A stretch of DNA of 32,000 nt from Candidatus Saccharimonadota bacterium (GTDB lineage Bacteria > Bacteroidota > Bacteroidia > Flavobacteriales > Blattabacteriaceae), in NCBI GenBank assembly GCA_029851085.1, contig CP100318.1:300001-332000 (forward strand), read 5' to 3'. Positions 19,092 through 26,299 of this stretch are shown here, one piece after another (within the stretch, counting starts at the first letter, position 1; every line of letters begins with the position of its first letter). A program made the translations under genes and the position numbers. The notes under the pieces were generated by a model, which was given only the letters and a program-made list of their open reading frames with translations, was not told where the DNA came from and did not search any database.

Positions 19092-20016
19092 TTAGATATT
19101 TTTCTAAATCTAATGCTGCCATACATCCAGTTCCTGCTGATGTTATTGCTTGTCGATACCGTGGATCTTGTACATCTCCTGCTGCAAATACTCCTGGTTT
19201 ACTAGTTAATGTTGTTCCTTTTTTGGTAATAATATAATTGTTTTCATCCATTTTAAGTTGTCCTTTAAATAGTTCTGTATTAGGAATATGACCTATTGCA
19301 ATAAATATTCCTTTTACATAAAATATTTTTTCATTTTTATTTTCTTTGTTTATAACTTTTATTCCTTCTACTTCTTTTTCTCCCAAAATATCTTTCACTT
19401 CATGATTAAAAAATATTTCAATATTTTTTATGTAAGAAACATTACGTTGCATAGCTTTAGAAGCTTTTAATATATTGTTTCTAACAAAAATATATATATA
19501 TTTACACATTTTGGATAAATAAATAGCTTCTTCAATTGCAGTATCTCCACCTCCAATTACTGCAACATATTTTTCTTTAAAAAAAAAACCATCACATGTT
19601 GCACATGTAGAAACACCATATCCCAGTAATCGTTTTTCATTTTTTAACCCTAAATATTTTGAAGAAGCTCCAGTGGCAATGATTAAACCTTTACTTTGTA
19701 AAGTTTTATTAGAAAATTGTATAGTATGAATACCTGATTTTTCATTAGAAATAAAAACTTTAGAAATTTTATCATGTATAATAATAGTTCCAAAACGTTC
19801 TGCTTGTTTTTTAAAATTTTCCATTAATTCAAATCCTGTAATTCCTATAGGATATCCAGGATAATTATCAATAATTGTAGTTTGAGTTAATTGACCTCCT
19901 GGTTCTAATCCAGTATATATAATAGGATTTAGATCAGCTCTTGCTGCATATATAGCTGCTGAATATCCAGCTGGACCAGATCCAATAATAACGCATTTAG
20001 CTATTGTTTTTAACAT
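19066..20016 (-). CDS. trxB: Thioredoxin-disulfide reductase
   Basis: 316 aa ORF. It has the FAD motif IIGSGPAGYSAA, the redox-active CATCDG, the NADPH motif GGGDTAIEEA and a C-terminal GDV motif. Confidence 0.93.
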   Translation of the reverse strand: MLKTIAKCVIIGSGPAGYSAAIYAARADLNPIIYTGLEPGGQLTQTTIIDNYPGYPIGITGFELMENFKKQAERFGTIIIHDKISKVFISNEKSGIHTIQFSNKTLQSKGLIIATGASSKYLGLKNEKRLLGYGVSTCATCDGFFFKEKYVAVIGGGDTAIEEAIYLSKMCKYIYIFVRNNILKASKAMQRNVSYIKNIEIFFNHEVKDILGEKEVEGIKVINKENKNEKIFYVKGIFIAIGHIPNTELFKGQLKMDENNYIITKKGTTLTSKPGVFAAGDVQDPRYRQAITSAGTGCMAALDLEKYLINKFYYYK

Positions 20017-20020
20017 ATTA

Positions 20021-20959
20021 TTAATTTAATATATGGTATATAAGTTCTTTTAAAATTTCTGTTTTTTTTACACAACTATCAATTCCTTTTGATTGAATAT
20101 CTGCTTTTCTAATAAAAGAAATAATTTTTATAATTTTTTTCAAAGAATAATTTTTTGCAGCTATATTGAATATATAGCTTGTATTATGATAATTTTTATC
20201 TAAATGATAATCTATAAGTTTTGTAAAAAACTTAAATAAAAGATTTAATATAGGTATTATTGATTCATTTTCTTTTAAATTAAAAATTAATTTATACGCA
20301 TTTAAACTATCATGAATTGCTATATATTTATAGAGTTTAAAATGATAATAGTTTGATAATGTTATATTTTTTTTAATAAAATTGTAAGTTATATTACTAC
20401 CTACAGGTAAAATAATACTTATTTTTTTTAATTCATTAGCAATATTTGAAATATCTGTACCTAAATATTCTATAATAAGCATTGTGGCTTCTTTAGTAAT
20501 AGTATAGCCTTTTTTTTTAATTTCGATACTATCCAATTAAAAACTTGATAAGTATATAATTTATTACAATGAAATATTATGCCGTTCTTTTTTATGCTTT
20601 GATAAAGTTTATTGGTTTTATATAAAATATTATTATAACATAATATTAATATAGTACTTTTTAAAGGATTATCTGTATATATAGATAAATTTTCAATATT
20701 AGATAATAATTGAGCTTCTTTAACAATTATTACAGTATATTTACTCATAATTGGATATTTTCTAGCATATGTAATAATAGATTGAATATCAGTATATTGA
20801 CCATATATTATAATTTGATTGAAAACTTTTTCATAATCGTTTAAAATATTTTTTTCAAAAAAAGTACTTATTATATTGATATAATAATATTCATTACCCA
20901 TTAATAAATATATGGGTTTATATATTTTTTTTTTTTATATCAGTAATAATATTTTTCAT
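20021..20959 (-). CDS. holA: DNA polymerase III delta subunit, split into three frames at two poly(A) tracts
   Basis: The three pieces are 20918-20959 (MKNIITDIKKKNI*), 20470-20901 (MGNEYYYIN...NWIVSKLKKK...) and 20021-20536 (...KKKGYTITKEATMLIIEYLGTDISNIANELKK...). Joined at the A12 tract (20925-20936) and the A9 tract (20510-20518), they give one delta-like protein of about 312 aa. Confidence 0.78.
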
Positions 20960-20982
20960 TATTAATTATTAATTTTTTATGT

Positions 20983-21372
20983 ATGCAAATTAACAAAAAA
21001 TTTATTTATTGTATAATTCGAAAAAAAAAAATCTTGTTAACACAAGAAGAATGGATACGTCAACATGTTATTAAATTTTTTGTTTTAAAAAAAGGTTATA
21101 ATTTATCTGAAATAGCGGTAGAAGTTCCAATATTGGTAAATAATATACGAAAACGTATAGATATTATAGTATATAAATGTGCAAAACCTTATATTATAAT
21201 AGAATGTAAAGCAACAAATATAATACCATCACAAAATGATTTTAATCAAATATTGATATATAATCTTGTAATTAACAGTCATTATTTAATGATTACTAAT
21301 GGAATACAACATGTTTTTTTTAGTAAAAAAAAAAACAAATTTCTTTTTAAGAAAAAAATACCAGACTATTAA
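20983..21372 (+). CDS. HsdR_N-like (type I restriction enzyme R N-terminal domain family) small PD-(D/E)xK-fold protein
   Basis: 129 aa ORF. It contains LTQEEWIRQHVIKF and a D...ExK arrangement (RIDIIVY...PYIIIECKA), followed by ITNG. It is divergent from holA, as in many Bacteroidetes. Confidence 0.7.
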   Translation: MQINKKFIYCIIRKKKILLTQEEWIRQHVIKFFVLKKGYNLSEIAVEVPILVNNIRKRIDIIVYKCAKPYIIIECKATNIIPSQNDFNQILIYNLVINSHYLMITNGIQHVFFSKKKNKFLFKKKIPDY

Positions 21373-21469
21373 TATGATCCATATATTATTAATCCTAATA
21401 TAATTGTTATTAGTACTTGATTAATATAATGGATAAAATAATATTATTAAACAAATATATATTAATATC

Positions 21470-22543
21470 ATGCAAGAAATAAAAGAAATATATAATCGTA
21501 TTGAAGAACTATATGTATGTCTTGATATTAAAAATAAGCGTAAAGATATAATAAATCTAGAAAAAAAAATAACATTGCCTAATTTTTGGAAAAATAATAA
21601 ATATAACAGTTTTATAGAAGAATTACGTAATAAAAAATTATGTGTATGTACTTATGATAAAATTAAAAATTCTGTAAATGATTTAAATATATTATTTGAA
21701 TTTTTCAAAAAAGGAGAAATAAATTATTACGAATTTAATAATCAGTTAAATATTACAAAAAAATTATTATCAGATTTTGAATATCAAAATATTTTTTCTT
21801 CTAAAGAAGATATTTTAAATGCTATTTTACAAATTTCTTCTGGAGCTGGAGGTACAGAAAGTTGCGATTGGGCTTCTATGTTAATGCGAATGTATTTAAT
21901 GTGGTCTGAAAAAAAGGGATATAAAATTATGAAAATTCATAAATTACCAGGAGATGTCACTGGAATAAAATCTGTTACATTAGAAATTCAAGGTGAATAT
22001 GCTTTTGGTAATATTAAATGTGAAAATGGTGTGCATAGATTAGTCCGTCTATCACCGTATAATAATGCTAAAAGACATACATCTTTTGCTTCTGTATATG
22101 TTTATCCTTTAATAAAGGATACTATAAATATTAATATAAAACCGTATGAAATTATTTGGGAAACATTTAGATCTAGTGGAGCAGGTGGTCAAAATGTTAA
22201 TAAAGTTGAGACAGGTGTGCGTTTACATCATAGACCTACAGGAATAATTATTGAAAATACTGAATCACGTTCACAATTTCAAAATAAGGAAAGAGCATTA
22301 CAATTATTAAAATCACGATTATTTCAAATTGAAATTTGTCAACGTAATATTAAAAGAAATGAAATAGAAATGATAAAAAAGAAAATTGAATGGGGTTCTC
22401 AAATACGTAATTATATAATGCATCCTTACAAATTGGTTAAAGATTTACGTACAGGATATCAAACTTATAATATAAATTCTGTTTTAAATGGAGAAATAGA
22501 TTTTTTTTTAAAAAAAAATTTATTGTTTAATAAACAACAATAG
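21470..22543 (+). CDS. prfB: Peptide chain release factor 2, encoded in a single frame
   Basis: 357 aa ORF. The GGQ motif (SGAGGQNVNKVETGVR) is present, and an RF2-type tripeptide region reads LSPYNNAKRHTSFASV. No internal stop or frameshift is present. Confidence 0.9.
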   Translation: MQEIKEIYNRIEELYVCLDIKNKRKDIINLEKKITLPNFWKNNKYNSFIEELRNKKLCVCTYDKIKNSVNDLNILFEFFKKGEINYYEFNNQLNITKKLLSDFEYQNIFSSKEDILNAILQISSGAGGTESCDWASMLMRMYLMWSEKKGYKIMKIHKLPGDVTGIKSVTLEIQGEYAFGNIKCENGVHRLVRLSPYNNAKRHTSFASVYVYPLIKDTININIKPYEIIWETFRSSGAGGQNVNKVETGVRLHHRPTGIIIENTESRSQFQNKERALQLLKSRLFQIEICQRNIKRNEIEMIKKKIEWGSQIRNYIMHPYKLVKDLRTGYQTYNINSVLNGEIDFFLKKNLLFNKQQ

Positions 22544-22561
22544 ATAAAACTAGTTTTGATT

Positions 22562-23302
22562 ATGAAACTTTTGGAAGGAAAAGTTGCTATTATTACAGGA
22601 GGTACTAGGGGAATTGGTAATGCTATTGTAAAATTATTTGCACAACATGGTGCTATAGTAATTTTTACATTTATTAATTCAACAGAATTAGCTAAAAATA
22701 TTGAAAAAAAATTTAGTTATTATTCAATAATAAAAGGTTATAAAGTTGATGCTGTTGATTTACAAGCATCTCAAGAATTTTCAAATAAAATTTATAAAGA
22801 ATTTGGAAAAATAGATATTCTTATTAATAATACAGGAATTATTAAAGATAATTTATTACTACGTATGAGTAAAGAAGATTGGGATAAAGTTATAGAAACA
22901 AATTTAAATTCTGTTTTTAATTTTACAAAATCTGTAATTATTCCAATGATAAAACAACGTAATGGTTCAATTATTAATATGAGTTCTATTATTGGAATAA
23001 ATGGTAATGTAGGTCAGGCTAATTATGCTGCTTCTAAGGCAGGAATAATAGGTTTTACTAAATCTATAGCAAAAGAATTAGGGTCTAGAAATATTCGTTG
23101 TAATGCTATAGCTCCTGGATTTATTAATACAGAAATGAATGCTTTATTAGATGATAATAAAAAAAAAAATTATATGAATTATATTTCTTTAAAAAAAATT
23201 GGTAATCCAATAGATGTAGCTAATTGTTGTTTATTTTTTGCTTCTGATTTATCAGCTTATGTTACTGGAGAAGTATTAAATGTAAATGGAGGAATGTATT
23301 AA
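22562..23302 (+). CDS. fabG: 3-oxoacyl-[acyl-carrier-protein] reductase
   Basis: SDR motifs are present: TGGTRGIG, NNTG and YAASKAG. I prefer the ATG at 22562 (MKLLEGKVAIITGG) over the TTG at 22556 reported by the ORF track. Confidence 0.88.
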   Translation: MKLLEGKVAIITGGTRGIGNAIVKLFAQHGAIVIFTFINSTELAKNIEKKFSYYSIIKGYKVDAVDLQASQEFSNKIYKEFGKIDILINNTGIIKDNLLLRMSKEDWDKVIETNLNSVFNFTKSVIIPMIKQRNGSIINMSSIIGINGNVGQANYAASKAGIIGFTKSIAKELGSRNIRCNAIAPGFINTEMNALLDDNKKKNYMNYISLKKIGNPIDVANCCLFFASDLSAYVTGEVLNVNGGMY

Positions 23303-23455
23303 AAGCAATAAAAATTGATTAGAATATTGCTAAAAAATATAAAATTAATTGAAGATAAATACAAAACAACAACACAACATCAAATGTAGTTCATATGCAT
23401 CTCAATTATTAATTGATTCAGTAGTTACAAAAATATAATAAATATTATTGAAGAA

Positions 23456-25594
23456 ATGCGAAAAAAAAATGGTAATATAACTTACACCACAAATGAATAT
23501 AACGCTTTAAATAAATATTCTAAAAATTTTAATAAATTAGCACGTGAAGGAAAATTAGATCCTGTTATTGGAAGAGATGAAGAAATAAGACGGGTATTAC
23601 AAATTTTATCTAGAAGAACAAAAAATAATCCTATACTTATAGGTGAACCTGGAGTTGGTAAAACCGCAATTGTAGAAGGTATTGCTCATCGTATTGTTAA
23701 TTGTGATGTTCCTGATAATTTAAAAGACAAAGAAGTTTTTGCTTTAGATATATCTGGATTAATTGCTGGAGCAAAATATAAAGGAGAATTTGAAGAACGA
23801 ATTAAATCGGTTATTAAAGAAGTTATTCAATCTAATGGTAAAGTTATTTTATTTATAGATGAAATTCATACATTAGTAGGTGCAGGAGCCAGTGAAGGAG
23901 CTATGGACGCTGCTAATATTTTAAAACCTGCTTTAGCAAGAGGTGAATTACGAGCTGTGGGAGCTACTACTTTAAATGAGTATCAAAAATATTTTGAAAA
24001 AGATAAGGCACTTGAAAGAAGATTTCAAAAAGTATATGTTAGTGAACCAGATATAGAATCTGCTATTTCTATTCTTAGAGGAATTAAGGAAAAATATGAA
24101 ACACATCATAAAGTTCGTATTAAAGATGAAGCTATTATTGCATCAGTAGAACTTTCACAAAGATACATTAGTGAAAGATTTTTGCCTGATAAAGCAATAG
24201 ATCTTATTGATGAGGCAGCTTCTAAATTACGTATGGAAATTAATTCAAAACCTGAAGAAATTGATGTATTAGACAGAAAGATTATGCAATTAGAAATACA
24301 AAGAGAAGCTATAAAAAGAGAAGATGATCAAAAACAATTAGCTTCAATTAAGGAATTGATTGCAAAATTAAACGAAAAACGTAATCAATTGAATATTCAA
24401 TGGAAAGGTGAAAAAGAATTAGTGGAAGGTATACAAAAATCTAAAGAAATTATAGAAAATTTTAAATTTGAAGCTGAACAAGCTGAACGTATAGGTGATT
24501 ATGGAAAAGTAGCTGAACTTAGATATGGAAAAATCAAAAACGAAGAATCTAAAGTAAAAGCACTTGAAGAAAAATTGAGCAAAAGCTATAAAGGTAATAA
24601 AATGATTAGAGAAGAAGTTAGTAGTGAAGATATAGCTGAAGTAGTTTCTAAATGTACTGGTATTCCAATAACTAAAATGTTACAAAGTGAAAGAAAAAAA
24701 TTACTTCTTCTAGAAAAAGAACTTCATAAACGTGTTATTGGTCAAGAAATACCTATTGAAGCTATAGCTAATGCTATACGTCGTTCTAGAGCAGGTCTTC
24801 AAGATGAAAAACGTCCAATAGGATCTTTTCTTTTTCTTGGTCCTACTGGAGTAGGAAAAACAGAGTTAGCTAAAGCTTTAGCTGAATATTTATTTGATGA
24901 TGAAAATAATATGGTTCGTATTGATATGAGTGAATATCAAGAACAACATGCTGTAAGTAGACTAATTGGTTCCCCTCCTGGATATATTGGTTATGAAGAA
25001 GGTGGTCAATTAACAGAATATGTACGTAGTCGTCCTTATACTGTTATTCTACTTGATGAAATAGAAAAAGCTCATTCAGATACTTTTAATATTTTATTAC
25101 AAGTATTAGATGATGGTAGGCTTACTGACAATAAAGGTAGGACAGTAAATTTTAAAAATACTATAATTATCATGACTTCTAATATTGGTTCAGATATTAT
25201 CAGTGATAATTTTAATAAAAAAGATATTGATGATATTAAAAATCAATTAATAACATTGTTGAAAACAATGTTACGTCCAGAATTTTTAAATCGTATAGAT
25301 GATATTATTTTATTTAAACCGTTAACTATAAAAGAAATACAGAAAATTGTAAGATTACAGTTTACTTATTTAGTAAATCTTTTATCTAAAAGAAACATTA
25401 GGTTAAATGTCACTGATAAAGTGATTGAATATTTGTCTGAAAAAGGTTATGATCCTTATTTTGGAGCACGTCCTATAAAACGTGTAATTCAACATTATGT
25501 ATTAAATATACTTTCAAAAGAAATGTTAAAAGGTAACATATCAAATAATAGTGAAGTTTTATTAGACTATAAAAAAGGTATTATTATACGTTAA
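23456..25594 (+). CDS. clpB: ATP-dependent chaperone ClpB lacking the N-terminal domain
   Basis: 712 aa ORF. It begins just before [19 protein letters not shown]. Both AAA+ modules are present ([16 protein letters not shown]), as are the coiled-coil middle domain and the C-terminal GARPIKR. Confidence 0.92.
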   Translation: MRKKNGNITYTTNEYNALNKYSKNFNKLAREGKLDPVIGRDEEIRRVLQILSRRTKNNPILIGEPGVGKTAIVEGIAHRIVNCDVPDNLKDKEVFALDISGLIAGAKYKGEFEERIKSVIKEVIQSNGKVILFIDEIHTLVGAGASEGAMDAANILKPALARGELRAVGATTLNEYQKYFEKDKALERRFQKVYVSEPDIESAISILRGIKEKYETHHKVRIKDEAIIASVELSQRYISERFLPDKAIDLIDEAASKLRMEINSKPEEIDVLDRKIMQLEIQREAIKREDDQKQLASIKELIAKLNEKRNQLNIQWKGEKELVEGIQKSKEIIENFKFEAEQAERIGDYGKVAELRYGKIKNEESKVKALEEKLSKSYKGNKMIREEVSSEDIAEVVSKCTGIPITKMLQSERKKLLLLEKELHKRVIGQEIPIEAIANAIRRSRAGLQDEKRPIGSFLFLGPTGVGKTELAKALAEYLFDDENNMVRIDMSEYQEQHAVSRLIGSPPGYIGYEEGGQLTEYVRSRPYTVILLDEIEKAHSDTFNILLQVLDDGRLTDNKGRTVNFKNTIIIMTSNIGSDIISDNFNKKDIDDIKNQLITLLKTMLRPEFLNRIDDIILFKPLTIKEIQKIVRLQFTYLVNLLSKRNIRLNVTDKVIEYLSEKGYDPYFGARPIKRVIQHYVLNILSKEMLKGNISNNSEVLLDYKKGIIIR

Positions 25595-25599
25595 AGAAG

Positions 25600-25673
25600 C
25601 GGTCTGGACGGGATTCGAACCCGTGACCACGTGCGTGACAGGCACGCATTCTAACCAACTGAACTACCAGACC
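25600..25673 (-). tRNA. tRNA-Asp (anticodon GUC), no encoded CCA
   Basis: I folded the minus-strand sequence GGTCTGGTAGTTCAGTTGGTTAGAATGCGTGCCTGTCACGCACGTGGTCACGGGTTCGAATCCCGTCCAGACCG by hand. It gives a 7-bp acceptor stem, a 4-bp D stem, a 5-bp anticodon stem with loop CTGTCAC, and a 5-bp T stem with a TTCGAAT loop. The discriminator G is followed by CTT. Confidence 0.93.
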
Positions 25674-25678
25674 AAAAT

Positions 25679-25987
25679 GAAATGATTATAAATATAATAA
25701 TTCATTTAATGAAATGAATATAATAATTCATTTAATGAAATGATTATAAATATAATAATTCATTTAATGAAATGAATATAATAATTCATTTAATGAAATA
25801 TAATAATTCATTTAATGAAATGATTATAAATATAATAATTCATTTAATGAAATGATTATAATAATTCATTTAATTAATGAAATGATTATAATAATTCATT
25901 TAATTAATGAAATGATTATAATAATTCATTTAATGAAATGATTATAAATATAATAATTCATTTAATGATTATAATAATTCATTTAAC
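25679..25987. repeat. Degenerate tandem array (about 11 units of 21-32 bp) between tRNA-Asp and the thioredoxin gene
   Basis: The 17-nt core ataataattcatttaat occurs in 10 units, and as ataataattcatttaac in the terminal unit. My hand-parsed units start at 25679, 25711, 25737, 25769, 25795, 25817, 25849, 25879, 25909, 25935 and 25967. The last unit is the 3' end of the thioredoxin CDS. Confidence 0.95.
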
Positions 25988-26292
25988 TTATTATTTATAG
26001 TATCTATTGATACTATTCCTATAGATCTATCTATTTCTTTACCATTTTTAAAAAAGATTAATGTAGGAATACTTTTAATTGAGTATTTGATTACATTTTT
26101 TTTATTATTATTATTGTCAATATTAATTTTGTATATAAAGACTTTGTCTTTATATTTATTAGATAATTCATCTATTTGAGGAGAAAATATTTTGCATGGT
26201 CCACACCAATCTGCCCAAAAATATACTAAAACCGGTTTATTAGCTTTAATTATTTTTTTATCAAAATTAATATCATTTATTTCTTGTCCCAT
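25969..26292 (-). CDS. trxA: Thioredoxin
   Basis: 107 aa ORF with the active site WADWCGPCK and a typical thioredoxin fold sequence (IPTLIFFKNG). Confidence 0.92.
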   Translation of the reverse strand: MGQEINDINFDKKIIKANKPVLVYFWADWCGPCKIFSPQIDELSNKYKDKVFIYKINIDNNNNKKNVIKYSIKSIPTLIFFKNGKEIDRSIGIVSIDTINNKLNELL

Positions 26293-26299
26293 ATAAAAT

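Noticed and set aside
22556-22561. TTG start for fabG, as reported by the ORF track (MIMKLLEGK)
   Set aside because: An ATG two codons downstream (22562) gives the standard FabG N-terminus MKLLEGKVAIITGG. Nothing supports the TTG.
23305-23340. Inverted repeat agcaata-N14-tattgct after fabG, considered as an intrinsic terminator
   Set aside because: The stem is only 7 bp and A/T-rich, with a 14-nt loop. It is followed on the plus strand by an A-run rather than a T-run. This is not distinguishable from chance in this composition.
23341-23455. Short TTG-initiated ORF and C/A-rich stretch upstream of clpB, considered as a decayed fragment of the ClpB N-domain start
   Set aside because: The resemblance (LKINTKQQHNIK versus the usual FT-KSQEA-Q N-terminus) is too weak to assert by eye. 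I mention it only as context in the ClpB finding.
25679-25987. Possible CRISPR array, because of regularly spaced ~17-nt conserved cores
   Set aside because: There are no unique spacers. The material between cores is itself part of the repeat (gaaatga[t]tata[aat]). The units are 21-32 bp in total, no cas genes are present, and the unit derives from the trx 3' end. This is a minisatellite, not a CRISPR array.
25595-25990. tRNA-adjacent integration site or remnant of a mobile element
   Set aside because: There is no integrase, no direct repeat of the tRNA 3' end and no foreign-looking genes. The repeats lie on the 5' side of the tRNA and are explained by local duplication of the trx terminus.
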